Source of the DNA: Candidatus Woesearchaeota archaeon
GTDB lineage: Archaea > Nanobdellota > Nanobdellia > Woesearchaeales > WJKR01
DNA: 64,000 nucleotides
Direction of reading: 5' to 3'
Assembly: GCA_016927245.1 (NCBI GenBank)
Contig: JAFGNA010000022.1
Coordinates: 3,128 to 67,127 of the forward strand
The translations under genes and the position numbers were made by a program. Under the pieces are notes generated by a model. It was not told where the DNA came from, ran no database searches, and saw only the letters and a list, made by a program, of their open reading frames with translations. This document shows positions 9,656-19,677 of this stretch, piece after piece (positions within the stretch are counted from its first letter, which is position 1; the number at the start of each line of letters is the position of its first letter).

Positions 9656-10918
9656 ATGTCTTTCATCTCCCAGTACGGCAGCGTCATCATCTTCTACGCC
9701 GCCATCATCGGCATCATCTACGCCAACAGGAAGAAGTTCGACTTCCCCGCCAAGCTCATCGCCATGTACCGCACCAAGATAGGCATCAGGCTGATGCACA
9801 AATGGGGCGAAGGAGCAGAGAGATTCATCAAGGCGCTCGCGCTCATCGGCATCTACGTCGGCTTCGCGGGCATGCTCCTCGCGTGCTGGCTCATCATCAA
9901 GGGATGGTTCAACCTCCTCTTCGTCCCAGAAGCGCCGGCCATGTTCGCGCCCGTGCTGCCAGGAGTCAAGATTCCTGGCGTGGACGTATTCATACCATTC
10001 TGGTACGGCATCATCGCCCTCTTCCTCACCATCGTCGTGCACGAGTTCAGCCACGGCGTCGTCGCGGCCGCGCACAGGCTCAAGGTGAAACACTCAGGAT
10101 TCGTCATGTTCGGGCCGCTGCCAGGAGCGTTCGTCGAACCCGACGAGAAGCAACTGATGAAGGCGAAGCCCAAGGTGCAACTAGGGGTGTACGCCGCGGG
10201 GCCATTCAGCAACATCCTCCTCACCCTCATCCTCATACTCGCATTCGGATTCCTCCCCTTCTTCGCCGCGAACCTAGGAGGCGGGAGCGAAGGTCTCGAA
10301 CGGTTCACCGAGAAAACGAGCATCACGAGCTTCACCGAACTGTTCGACGAGCTGTACCGGCCCGCAGGCCTCCCCACCAATGCAGTCCCAGGAGGAGCAG
10401 CGGCCGAAGCAGGCGTGATGAACGGCACCGTGGTGAAGGCCATCAACGGCGTCGAGATCTACAACCTCACCGCATTCATCGACGAGTACCTTGCCATCGC
10501 GAACCTCACCCCTGGCGACACCATCACGCTGAGCAACGCCACGCACGATTTCATCATCACGACAAGGACGCACCCGGACAACGAATCACGCGCCTACCTT
10601 GGCGTGTTCTTCGACTGGAACGCCGCCGCTGTCGAGCCGGACCCCGCAGCGCAGGAGCGGTTCGGCCCGGCAGGGTTCAAGTTCCGCGAAGTAGCGTTCT
10701 GGCAGGTGTTCTGGCTCATCGTGCTGAGCAGCGGCATCGGCCTCGCAAACCTCCTGCCCATAGGGCCTGTGGATGGCGGGCGCATGTTCCTCATCGCCCT
10801 TGAACGAGTCTTCCCAGAGGAGCGCGCTAGGAAGCTATGGGGCAAGGTCAGCGCGTTCGTGCTCATCAGCATCATCATCCTCGTGCTCGCGCCCATCATC
10901 AAGCACTTGTTGTTCTGA
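9656..10918 (+). CDS. Site-2 protease family (M50) membrane metalloprotease with PDZ-like region
   Basis: HEFSHGVVAAAH (HExxH), multiple TM helices, LPIGPVDGG near the C-terminus. Confidence 0.75.
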   Translation: MSFISQYGSVIIFYAAIIGIIYANRKKFDFPAKLIAMYRTKIGIRLMHKWGEGAERFIKALALIGIYVGFAGMLLACWLIIKGWFNLLFVPEAPAMFAPVLPGVKIPGVDVFIPFWYGIIALFLTIVVHEFSHGVVAAAHRLKVKHSGFVMFGPLPGAFVEPDEKQLMKAKPKVQLGVYAAGPFSNILLTLILILAFGFLPFFAANLGGGSEGLERFTEKTSITSFTELFDELYRPAGLPTNAVPGGAAAEAGVMNGTVVKAINGVEIYNLTAFIDEYLAIANLTPGDTITLSNATHDFIITTRTHPDNESRAYLGVFFDWNAAAVEPDPAAQERFGPAGFKFREVAFWQVFWLIVLSSGIGLANLLPIGPVDGGRMFLIALERVFPEERARKLWGKVSAFVLISIIILVLAPIIKHLLF

Positions 10919-10960
10919 ACGACCGCGCCTTTTATAAAAAGAGGCTCATTCTCATAGGCC

Positions 10961-11692
10961 ATGGATTGGCAAGCCCTGAGGCAACGAGCGCTCAAGGATA
11001 CCAAGCGGGCAGTGGCGACCTCCGTTGATGACGACAACCTCATCACCCAAGCCATCTCAGCCATGGAGGACGTCGACCGCGCGGCGAACACGCTCACCCG
11101 CAGGCTGCGGGAATGGTACGAGCTCTATAGTCCAGAGTTCTCGAAGGCCGTCGACGACAATGAGGCGTTCGTCAGGCGCGTCCTGGAGAAGCCCCGGGAG
11201 GAGCAACTCCGGGAGCTCGGGCTGCACGAGACCATGGGAGCCGACCTCGAGCGAGCGGACGTCCAGGAATCGGAGCGGCTCGCCAAGGCCATCAAGGCGC
11301 TGCGCGAGGAGCGCGACCAGCTGGAATCATACCTGGACAGGGTCATGCTCCGGCGTTGCCCGAACGTGCTCGTCCTCGCAGGCCCCACCATCGGCGCACG
11401 CCTCCTCCGGGAAGCCGGCAGCCTCAAACGGCTCGCCATGGTGCAGGCCAGCACCATCCAGCTCTACGGCGCCGAGAAAGCATTGTTCCGCCACCTCAAG
11501 ACAGGGGCGAAGCCTCCCAAGCACGGCCACCTCATCAACCACCCCTTATTGGCCAAGGCTGGCAAGGAGGATAAGGGCAAGGTCGCCCGGGCGTTGGCGG
11601 ACAAGATCAGCATCGCCGCCAAGGTCGACTACTTCAAGGGAGAGCCGATAGGCGAGACCTTGAAACAACAGTTGGAGGCGCGGTTCGGATGA
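10961..11692 (+). CDS. nop5: Nop5 (Nop56/58) C/D box sRNP protein, short form lacking the N-terminal domain
   Basis: Nop domain AGPTIGARLLREAGSLKRLAMVQASTIQLYGAEKALFRHLKTG..KHGHLINHP; stop overlaps the fibrillarin start (ATGA). Confidence 0.8.
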   Translation: MDWQALRQRALKDTKRAVATSVDDDNLITQAISAMEDVDRAANTLTRRLREWYELYSPEFSKAVDDNEAFVRRVLEKPREEQLRELGLHETMGADLERADVQESERLAKAIKALREERDQLESYLDRVMLRRCPNVLVLAGPTIGARLLREAGSLKRLAMVQASTIQLYGAEKALFRHLKTGAKPPKHGHLINHPLLAKAGKEDKGKVARALADKISIAAKVDYFKGEPIGETLKQQLEARFG

Positions 11693-12369
11693 GGCAGGCG
11701 CGGTTCGACAACATCTACGAGCTCAAGACGAAGCGAGGGGTGCGATTGTTCACGAAGAGCCTCTACCGAAGTTTTCGCGGCTTCGAGGAAGCTATCATCA
11801 AGAAGGACGGCGTCGCGTACCGAGAGGTTGACCCTGAGCGCAGCAAGCTCTTCGCCGCGGTCGCCAAGGGCGCGAGCCAGATAGGCATCAGGGAGGGCAG
11901 CAGCGTGCTGTACCTCGGGGCCTCGCATGGGTACACACCCTCCTATGTCAGCGACGTCATCGGCGAGGAAGGCAAGGTCATCTGCGTGGACTTCGCGCCG
12001 CGCGTGGTCAGGGACTTGGTGTTCCTCTGTGAAAAACGAGAGAACATGCTCCCCCTCCTCAAGGACTGCCGCCACCCTGAGACGTACCAGGACTACCTCC
12101 CTGAAAAAGTCGACGTCGTGTTCCAGGACGTAGCGCAACGAGACCAGGTCGCGATCTTCCTCAAGAACGTCCGCGCCTACCTCAAACGCGGCGGCTACGG
12201 CTTGCTCGCCCTGAAGGCGAGGAGCGTGGACGTGACGATGAAGCCAGAAGCCATCTTCAAGGACGTGTTCAAGGAGTTGGAGCGGCAACCGGACGTCACG
12301 GTCGTGGACAAGCGGGAATTAGCGCCGTACGAGAAAGACCACATATTGTTTGTGGTGAAACGCAGATGA
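11689..12369 (+). CDS. flpA: Fibrillarin (rRNA/tRNA 2'-O-methyltransferase)
   Basis: VLYLGASHGYTPSYVSDV (SAM motif), KVICVDFAPRV, 226 aa, coupled to nop5. Confidence 0.9.
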   Translation: MRQARFDNIYELKTKRGVRLFTKSLYRSFRGFEEAIIKKDGVAYREVDPERSKLFAAVAKGASQIGIREGSSVLYLGASHGYTPSYVSDVIGEEGKVICVDFAPRVVRDLVFLCEKRENMLPLLKDCRHPETYQDYLPEKVDVVFQDVAQRDQVAIFLKNVRAYLKRGGYGLLALKARSVDVTMKPEAIFKDVFKELERQPDVTVVDKRELAPYEKDHILFVVKRR

Positions 12370-12527
12370 GCAGCAGGCAAGCATCGAAGGACAATCAATC
12401 TGGAGTCGCGCGCCACCCACTTCCAAATCGATGAGTTGCTGTCCATCGGTGGACATACTCGCTCTCATATAAGAACAGCTGATGTGATTGTTCAACTTCA
12501 ACTGGGCAACGTCCGTTCCTGTTCCTC

Positions 12528-15113
12528 CTAGTAGTCGTCCTCGTGCGTCGTGATGGCGTGGTCGACGAAGTATGACACCAACCGTTCCAGGTAGAACCCG
12601 ATGATCATGGTGCCGACGAGCACCGGCCACACCCACCATTCCAGTGGGACCACCCTGAAGAACTCCCTGATCGGCGTGTACAGGATGATGAGCTGGAAGA
12701 ACAACGGCAGCAGCAGTGCCGCCACGAGGTAACGGTTGCCGAGGAGCGGGGTCCCTTCCTCTTGCTTGATCGTCATGATCCTGATGAAGTGCCAGAGGAT
12801 GAGCCAGGTGAACGCGACGGTCTGCGCCAATCGGAGGTCGCCGGTGAAGGCGTAGAAACCATAGAACAGCGCGAACAGCAACACGACCTTCTTGAGGCTG
12901 ATGTACACCGCCAACGCTGTTATGCGGTGGGTGAGGAAGCGCTCCTTCTTGCCGGTCGGCTTGCGGCGCATGATGTCTGGCGGCGCGGGGTCGAGGCCGA
13001 GGGCCATGGCCTGCGCGTGATTCGAGACGAAGTTGACCCAGAGGAGCTGGATGGCGAGGAAGGGCATGAGACCAAAGAAGCTGCCGATGACGACGAGGAG
13101 TATCTCGCCGAGGTTAGCGGTCAACAGGTAGTTGAGCACCTTACGGATGTTGTAGAAGATGGTCCTGCCTTCCCGGATGCCGTCGGCGATGCTCTCGAAG
13201 TGGTCATTGAGGATGATGAGGCCTGCTGCTTCCTTGGCCATGTCGGCGCTGTGCCTGCCCATGGCGATGCCGACCTCCGCTTCTTGGAGCGCGGGCACGT
13301 CGTTCACGCCGTCGCCGGTGATGGCGACGCGGCGGCCTCCTTCCCGCAACGCCCTCACGATAAGGAGTTTGTGCTCTGGGCTCATGCGCGAGAACACGTT
13401 GTGCTCCTCGACGGTCTCCCGCAGCTGCTCTGCTGAGAGGTCGCGCAAATCCTTCCAGTCAATCGCCTTGGGCTCCTTGAAGCCGGCGACCGCGGCGACG
13501 GAGAGCGCGGTCTCCTTGCTGTCGCCGGTTATCATCTTCACCTCGATGCCAGCGTCGTAGACGGCTCGTATGGAGTCCCGCAGGCCTTTCTTCGGCTCGT
13601 CGTACAGGCCGACGATGCCGATGAACACGCACGCTCCCCTTCCTTCCTTGTAGCTGAGCGCGATGCTCTTCAGCGATTCCTTGGAGAACTCGTTGATGCG
13701 CTGCTCGATGCCCTCTCGCCGTTGCCTCGTCAATGCTACCTTTTTGGTGCCGACGAGCATCTTCTTGCATGCGTCTAGGACGTGCTCTGGCGCGCCTTTG
13801 GTGTACGTAATCTTCTTCCTGCCTATATTGTTCGTTGAGGAGACGGTGTTGGTCTCTGCTGAGAATGATTCAAGGGATGATCGTGGGTGCTTCTCGTACA
13901 GCTCGATGAGGTCGTAGCCTTTGCTGTTGAAGTAGTCGATCAGGGCTATGTCTATCTCGTCGCCGATGAATCCTTGCTCCGATGCCTGCGACGTGTTGGC
14001 TAGTAGCGAGGCGTAGGCGAAGTGTTGTTGCGCTTGTTTCGGCAGCTGCTCGTACGCGGCGCGCTTGCCCGCGACGAATATCTCCTTGACGGAGAGCCTG
14101 TTGGAGGTGAGCGTGCCGGTCTTGTCCACGCAGATGACGTCCACGCCGCCCAGTATCTCTATGAGTGAGTGCCGTTTCACGAGGACTTTCTTCTGTCCGA
14201 GCGCCTTGTTGCCAGCGGCGATGGTGAACCTGATTATGGTGGGCAGGCCTTCAGGGATGGCGCCGATGAGGAGCGCTGAGGCGAGGAGGACGATGTCTGA
14301 CCAGCCCATGATGCCTTGTGCCATGAAGAGGATGACGACGAGGAAGATGAGGCTGACGGCGATGATGGTGATGCGGTTCGTGGCAACATCTACTTCTTGG
14401 AGGAAGGGGTCTGTGTCCTTCCGCTGCAGGGTCGAGGCGATCCTCCCCATCTCCGTGTTTTTGCCGGTGGTGGTGACGACGGCGGTGGCGCTGCCGTTCT
14501 TGATGAACGTGCTCATGAACACCAGGTTGCTCTGGCGGTCGATCGGGCGCTCTTCCTTGACGGTCTCCGCCTTCTTCGTTACGGGGAGGCTTTCCCCGGT
14601 GAGGAGTGTCTCGTCCGCTTCGAGGCTGACTGACTTGAGGAGGTAGGCGTCGGCGGGCACCTTCATGCCTTTGCTGAGCAGGATGATGTCTCCTGGTACG
14701 AGGTCTTCAACGGGCAGGGTCGTTATCTTGCCGTCGCGCATCGCCGTGCACGTGTCGGTGTGGAGTTCCTGGAGCTGATGGGTTTCCTTGTGCGCTTTGA
14801 ACTCTTGGTACGCGCCGAGGCTCGCGTTCACGATGAGGATGAAGAGGATGACGACGCCGTCGAAGAAGTGTTCGTGGAGGCCGAGGTAGGCGTCCGCGGC
14901 GAACGCGAGGAGCGCGAGGGCGAAGAGGAGCCAGGGGAGGAACGTCCTGAACTGGTTGATGAGGAGCTTGAGGTAGTGCGGGTGATGAGGCTCCTCGATG
15001 CGGTTCTTGCCGTGCTCTTGCTGCCGGCGCTCCGCTTCTATGGTCGCGAGTCCGAGGAGGCTGGAGCGTAGCCTGGCCAGCACCTCTTTTTTGTCAAGCC
15101 TGTACCACTCCAC
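12528..15113 (-). CDS. P-type cation-transporting ATPase (P2-type, Ca2+/Mg2+-like)
   Basis: DKTGTLT phosphorylation motif (CVDKTGTLTSNRL), TGES, GDGVNDVPAL hinge, about 10 TM segments, 861 aa. Confidence 0.85.
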   Translation of the reverse strand: MEWYRLDKKEVLARLRSSLLGLATIEAERRQQEHGKNRIEEPHHPHYLKLLINQFRTFLPWLLFALALLAFAADAYLGLHEHFFDGVVILFILIVNASLGAYQEFKAHKETHQLQELHTDTCTAMRDGKITTLPVEDLVPGDIILLSKGMKVPADAYLLKSVSLEADETLLTGESLPVTKKAETVKEERPIDRQSNLVFMSTFIKNGSATAVVTTTGKNTEMGRIASTLQRKDTDPFLQEVDVATNRITIIAVSLIFLVVILFMAQGIMGWSDIVLLASALLIGAIPEGLPTIIRFTIAAGNKALGQKKVLVKRHSLIEILGGVDVICVDKTGTLTSNRLSVKEIFVAGKRAAYEQLPKQAQQHFAYASLLANTSQASEQGFIGDEIDIALIDYFNSKGYDLIELYEKHPRSSLESFSAETNTVSSTNNIGRKKITYTKGAPEHVLDACKKMLVGTKKVALTRQRREGIEQRINEFSKESLKSIALSYKEGRGACVFIGIVGLYDEPKKGLRDSIRAVYDAGIEVKMITGDSKETALSVAAVAGFKEPKAIDWKDLRDLSAEQLRETVEEHNVFSRMSPEHKLLIVRALREGGRRVAITGDGVNDVPALQEAEVGIAMGRHSADMAKEAAGLIILNDHFESIADGIREGRTIFYNIRKVLNYLLTANLGEILLVVIGSFFGLMPFLAIQLLWVNFVSNHAQAMALGLDPAPPDIMRRKPTGKKERFLTHRITALAVYISLKKVVLLFALFYGFYAFTGDLRLAQTVAFTWLILWHFIRIMTIKQEEGTPLLGNRYLVAALLLPLFFQLIILYTPIREFFRVVPLEWWVWPVLVGTMIIGFYLERLVSYFVDHAITTHEDDY

Positions 15114-15247
15114 TGCTTCTCTCCCGAGATGAGGATTTATATATGTTTACCTTTTTGAAAGGGCTTATAACGGTGAGGGGGTGTTGTTGGGGGGTGTGGT
15201 GCACGCACGGGCAGGATTGTTCACCAGCGACGGGCGCCTGATGAGCT

Positions 15248-17641
15248 TCATTTCTTTTCCTGCTCGCCGAGCTCGATGGCTAGCTCATCGCCCTCGTAGG
15301 TGATGGTCTGCGCGTTCGTCACCGCTTTGAGGTCTTCCTCGACTGGTCGCAGGGCTTTCTGGAGCGCTCGGGGAAGGGCGAGGGTCGTGACGGGCGTCTT
15401 GAGGGAGACGTTCGCCTCGGATTTCTTCCTGCGGACGTGGTTCACGACCTCTGTGAGCGCGTCGCCTGATTGCTCTGCGGCTTCGTCCATGAGCTTCTCC
15501 TCGTAGGCGGGCCAGTCAGAGGTGTGGATGCTGTCTTTCTCGTCCTTCGCGTAGGCGTAGCTGTAGATCTCTTCGGTGACGTACGGCATGATGGGGGCGA
15601 ATAGTTTGAGGATGGTTTGCAGTGAGCGGTGCAGGGCGTGCTGCGCTGAGCGCTTGGCATCCTCGCCCCTGGTTGAGGGATTGTAGATGCGGTCCTTGAT
15701 GATCTCGAGGTAGTGGTCGCAGAACGTGTTCCAGAAGAAGTTGTCCACGAGCGATTTTGCCTTGGCGTACTCGTAGCTCTCGTACGTGGCGGTGCTCTCC
15801 TTGATGATTCGTTGCAGCTTTGAGAGCATCCATTTGTCCGTGGCGAGGAGTGCTTTGGGCTTGGTGCCATCGTAGTCGGCGAGTTGCATGAGCGCGAATC
15901 GAGACGCGTTCCAGAGCTTGTTGACCGTCTTTGCCCCTGTCTGGACGTCCTTCTCCATGTAGGGTTGGTCGTCCCCGAGCTTCGAGCCGGCTGCCCAGTA
16001 GCGGAGCGCGTCGGCGCCGTACTTGTCCATGACGTCTTGTGGGTTGATGACGTTGCCGCGGCTCTTGCTCATCTTGTTCCCTTTGGGGTCGAGGACGAAT
16101 CCTGATATCATGATGTGCTTCCATGGCGCCTTCTTCTCGTGATAGACGCCCCTGGTGATGGTGTAGAACGCCCAGGTCCTGATGATGTCGTGCGCTTGCG
16201 GCCGGACGTCCATGGGGAACGCTTTCTTGAAGAGCGGGTTGTTGTCAGCCCAGCCGAGGGCTAGTTGCGGGGTGAGGGAGCTAGTCGCCCAGGTATCGAT
16301 GACGTCGTGCTCAGGGATGAGTTCTCCTTGGTGGCCTGCTGGGCGGTCCGTGAGGGGGTCGATAGGGAGTTGTTCCTCTCGTGGCAGGATGACGTCGCCG
16401 TCGTTGGTGTACCAGACAGGGAAGGGGATGCCGAAGTGGCGTTGCCGAGAGATGCACCAGTCCCAGTTCAGGTTCTCCACCCAGTGGACGTACCTGGTCT
16501 TCATGTGCGGGGGGTGCCAGTCGATATCGTCTGCTGCTTTGATGAGTGCTTGCTTGTGGTCGAGCACGTTGACGAACCATTGGTAGGTGTTCAGGAATTC
16601 TATGTCCGTGCCGCAGCGCTCGTGCACGTTCACGGGGTGCGTGATGGGTTTGGAGGAGATGAGCAGGCCTTCTCGTTCCAGGTCTTCCTTTATGGCGTTG
16701 CGGGCTTCTTTCAGGGTCGTGCCTGCGTACGTGCCCGTGGTCTCGTTCATCCTGCCATCTTTGGTGATGACGACTCTTAGCGGCAAGTCGTACTTGTGCC
16801 ATTTCTCGATGTCTTCCTTGTCGCCGAACGTGCAGCACATCATGAGCCCTGTGCCCTTGTCCATGGCGACCGTTTCATCAGCGATGATGGGGACTTCGTG
16901 GCCGAACAACGGCACCTTGGCGAACGATCCTTTGAGGTGTTGGTAGCGCTCGTCCGCGGGGTGGTAGAACAGGCCGACGCATGCCGGCAGCAGTTCAGGC
17001 CTGGTCGTGGCGACGATGAGGTCTTCCGCTCCTGACTTGAAGATGATGTCGTTGAAGTGGCTGGTCATGTCGACGTTCTCGAATTCTGCTTGCGCGATGG
17101 CGGTCTGGCAGTGCGGGCACCAGCTGACAGGGGTTTCCTTGCGGTAGACGAGTCCTTTCTTGTGCAGCTCGAGGAACCCTTTTTGCGATGCTTTCTGGAC
17201 CGCTTCGGAGATCGTGCTGTACGGGTTGGTGAAGTCGCAGCTCATCCCTAGGGTCTTCCAGTCCTCAATGAATCCTGGGAGTATCTCTTGGACGGTGCGG
17301 TGCGCTAGTGAGAGGTAGTCTTCCCGCTTCATGGACTTGGCCTTGACCTTCTTGGTCTTCTCGACGAGCCTGTCAGTGGCGAGGCCGTTGTCGTCCGTTC
17401 CGAACGGGTAGAACACGTTCTTGCCCCTCATCCTGTGGAAGCGGGCGATGAAGTCCTCGTGCGCGTAGCTGAAGGAGTGGCCGATGTGCATCTTGCCGCT
17501 GACCGTGGGCGGAGGTGTGTCGATGCTGTATACGGGCTTGTTGCTCTTGCGGTCGAACGCGTAGGTCTTGTTGGCCTCCCATGCCTCTTTCCATTTCCGC
17601 TCTGACGCTTTGAAGTCGTATGTCTTGGGGAGTTCTTTCAT
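15248..17641 (-). CDS. valS: Class I aminoacyl-tRNA synthetase, most likely valyl-tRNA synthetase
   Basis: HIGH motif PPPTVSGKMHIGHSFSY, KMSKS motif GNKMSKSRGN, FGTDDNGL editing-domain insertion pattern, 797 aa. Confidence 0.75.
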   Translation of the reverse strand: MKELPKTYDFKASERKWKEAWEANKTYAFDRKSNKPVYSIDTPPPTVSGKMHIGHSFSYAHEDFIARFHRMRGKNVFYPFGTDDNGLATDRLVEKTKKVKAKSMKREDYLSLAHRTVQEILPGFIEDWKTLGMSCDFTNPYSTISEAVQKASQKGFLELHKKGLVYRKETPVSWCPHCQTAIAQAEFENVDMTSHFNDIIFKSGAEDLIVATTRPELLPACVGLFYHPADERYQHLKGSFAKVPLFGHEVPIIADETVAMDKGTGLMMCCTFGDKEDIEKWHKYDLPLRVVITKDGRMNETTGTYAGTTLKEARNAIKEDLEREGLLISSKPITHPVNVHERCGTDIEFLNTYQWFVNVLDHKQALIKAADDIDWHPPHMKTRYVHWVENLNWDWCISRQRHFGIPFPVWYTNDGDVILPREEQLPIDPLTDRPAGHQGELIPEHDVIDTWATSSLTPQLALGWADNNPLFKKAFPMDVRPQAHDIIRTWAFYTITRGVYHEKKAPWKHIMISGFVLDPKGNKMSKSRGNVINPQDVMDKYGADALRYWAAGSKLGDDQPYMEKDVQTGAKTVNKLWNASRFALMQLADYDGTKPKALLATDKWMLSKLQRIIKESTATYESYEYAKAKSLVDNFFWNTFCDHYLEIIKDRIYNPSTRGEDAKRSAQHALHRSLQTILKLFAPIMPYVTEEIYSYAYAKDEKDSIHTSDWPAYEEKLMDEAAEQSGDALTEVVNHVRRKKSEANVSLKTPVTTLALPRALQKALRPVEEDLKAVTNAQTITYEGDELAIELGEQEKK

Positions 17642-17830
17642 GAGCGTTCCCTCTTGCTTCCTTCCGGACAGTTAAGCTTTTCGGTCATCGCCTGTCTCGG
17701 AGAAGGGGTGGATGGGTGGCGCGTTTCACGCCATGGCGACGACGGCTATGGGCATGGATGAGGGTGAGAAAAAGCCCTTATTTAAAGGTTATGGTGGGTA
17801 GAAGGGAAAAAAAAGGGAAAAACTGTTTGC

Positions 17831-18094
17831 TTAGAACTTCTTGATGTTCGCCGCGGCGGTGAACTTGACCGTCCTGTACGCGGGGATCTTGAGCGGCTTG
17901 CCCGTGGCGGGGTTGACGCCCGTCCTGGCCTTCCTCTTGACCGGCTTGAATGTGCCGAGTCCGAGGAGGATGACAGTCTCTTTCTTGGCAGCTTTTGCGA
18001 TGACGTCGATGGCCTCGTTCAGTATCTCCGTTATCGCGGTCTTCGGGTAGTCCGTCTTCTTCGCCACAAGGTCTACTATGTCTCCTTTGTTCAT
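17831..18094 (-). CDS. Bacterial-type DNA-binding protein HU
   Basis: 87 aa, RTGVNPATGKPLKIPAYRTVKF arm typical of HU/IHF. Confidence 0.8.
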   Translation of the reverse strand: MNKGDIVDLVAKKTDYPKTAITEILNEAIDVIAKAAKKETVILLGLGTFKPVKRKARTGVNPATGKPLKIPAYRTVKFTAAANIKKF

Positions 18095-18250
18095 GGTTCA
18101 TATCACCTGTTACTTGTTCAAACCCCCCACTACACCAGGGTCTTGGACGGGTCGAAGTCGAGGTCATATTTAAATTTACTGCTTTTGTCGGTCCTTTGCA
18201 GGGTGCGGAGAAGAAGGGTTTATATAGGCTTGGTGTGTGCTGGGGGGTGC

Positions 18251-18325
18251 GGGCCCGTAGCCTAGCCTGGATAAGGCGACAGCCTTCTAAGCTGTAGATC
18301 GGGGGTTCGAATCCCCTCGGGCCCA
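18251..18325 (+). tRNA. tRNA-Arg (anticodon TCT)
   Basis: Hand-folded cloverleaf: acceptor GGGCCCG/CGGGCCC, anticodon arm ACAGC-CUUCUAA-GCUGU, T-arm GGGGG-UUCGAAU-CCCCU, discriminator A; TATA gtttatata about 25 nt upstream; T8 run downstream. Confidence 0.85.
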
Positions 18326-18340
18326 TTTTTTTTCGCTCGT
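18326..18340 (+). terminator. Oligo-T termination signal after tRNA-Arg
   Basis: tttttttt immediately 3' of the tRNA. Confidence 0.4.
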
Positions 18341-18388
18341 GGGCGTTCCTGCCTTGCCAAAGGGGCGTGCAGCCTTCCTGCGCGGGGC

Positions 18389-18679
18389 TCACGCCGTTGG
18401 TATCTCTATGGCTTTGCCGTTGATGAGCGCGTCGGTGACCTTGTCCCTGGCGTCGGTGAGGATCCTTTGCAGGGTGCTCTGGTGCACGCCCATGAACTCC
18501 GCGGCGGCTCGTTGGTCCATGCGGAGGATGTTGATGAGGCGCAAGGCTTCTATCTCGTCGAGCGCGAGGTGGACGCGTTCCAGTTTCTCGTCATCGGCGC
18601 CGCATGGCTTGAAGCACGTCACGCGTGGCTTGAACTCGATACATCGTTCTTTCTTCGGACGGGGCATCTTTCGCATCAT
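18389..18679 (-). CDS. DUF134/UPF0251 family putative DNA-binding protein (start possibly MPRPKK at 18667)
   Basis: MPRPKKERCIEFKPRVTCFKPCG N-terminus and C-terminal HTH-like LQRILTDARDKV, typical of archaeal DUF134. Confidence 0.65.
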   Translation of the reverse strand: MMRKMPRPKKERCIEFKPRVTCFKPCGADDEKLERVHLALDEIEALRLINILRMDQRAAAEFMGVHQSTLQRILTDARDKVTDALINGKAIEIPTA

Positions 18680-18778
18680 GATGCGAAAAGGATATTTAAA
18701 TGTTGCGGTCGCGGACGAGGCGGCGGAGCAACCATTTCGACAGGCGAAGGAGCGGCCGCATAAAAAGAAGCGAGCGCC

Positions 18779-19213
18779 TCACTTTTCCAGCACGTTCTTC
18801 CGCCGCAGGATGATATTCTGCCCCGCCTCCTTAATCTCATCAGGAGAGACCTCTATCTCCTGTTTCCTGAACGCACCGGTCTTCTTGGACACCATGAGAG
18901 CGCGAAGCTCGCCATCCTCGATGAGCACAGTGGTGACCGCCCCCAACAATTTGCCCTCGCCGGAGAGCACCTGCTTGCCCTTCAAGAGGTGATAGGGCAT
19001 CTTGTTGAGGAGCACGGCGTCCACGCCGAAGCTGCGCACATGCTCGATGCCCACGAACAAGTCAGGCTTCATGAACCCTTGGTCGACGGTGATGCCCTGC
19101 AACGTCTTCTTGTGCTTGTCCACGTGCAGCTTGACCACGACGCCAAGGAGGTCGCCGTGCGGGTCCACAGCGGTCTTGCCAAGGATGTCGTCCGAGGTGA
19201 TAGAAGAAGCCAT
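18779..19213 (-). CDS. PRC-barrel domain protein (CdpB-like)
   Basis: 144 aa, PRC-barrel pattern (ILGKTAVDPHGDLLGVVVKLHVD...), tandem with a paralog. Confidence 0.6.
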   Translation of the reverse strand: MASSITSDDILGKTAVDPHGDLLGVVVKLHVDKHKKTLQGITVDQGFMKPDLFVGIEHVRSFGVDAVLLNKMPYHLLKGKQVLSGEGKLLGAVTTVLIEDGELRALMVSKKTGAFRKQEIEVSPDEIKEAGQNIILRRKNVLEK

Positions 19214-19220
19214 TTTACCA

Positions 19221-19670
19221 CTAGTACGCCTTGTTCAGGATGATGTTCTTCTTCGAGGTCTCGATGTCAGCATAAGGCACCTCCACCGGCTTCTTGAACA
19301 AACTCTTCCTGACGAGGATGGTATCACACGTGTTCCGCACGCCCGTCCGCTCGAACCCGACGACGCGGCCGAGCCGCTTCCCCTCGCTGTCGAACACCAC
19401 CTTGCCCCTCAGCATGGTGACGGGGTCAACCTTGAGGATGATGTTGTCCACGGTCTCCGGCTCGCAGTAATCCTTATCGATGAACAGCTTCCGCCTGCCC
19501 TGCACGAGGAGCCCGACGTACGCACCCTCATAGAGGACGACGTCGTACACCCGCCCCACATAGTCACCTGAAGTCGAGTACACCTTCTTGCCGAAGTAGT
19601 CCTTCACCGTAGTGGTGTTGTCCATTGTGGAGAGACGCTTCGAAAGGAGTATGGGCTCTTGTTTCGTCAT
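19221..19670 (-). CDS. PRC-barrel domain protein (CdpB-like), second copy
   Basis: 149 aa, YFGKKVYSTSGDYVGRVYDVVL PRC-barrel core. Confidence 0.6.
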   Translation of the reverse strand: MTKQEPILLSKRLSTMDNTTTVKDYFGKKVYSTSGDYVGRVYDVVLYEGAYVGLLVQGRRKLFIDKDYCEPETVDNIILKVDPVTMLRGKVVFDSEGKRLGRVVGFERTGVRNTCDTILVRKSLFKKPVEVPYADIETSKKNIILNKAY

Positions 19671-19677
19671 GGTGAGT

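Noticed and set aside
17642-17830. 190-bp gap between valS and HU as a riboswitch or ncRNA
   Set aside because: It contains one TATA-like element and a G/A-rich tract; no convincing paired structure was found by eye. It is more simply a long 5' leader or promoter.
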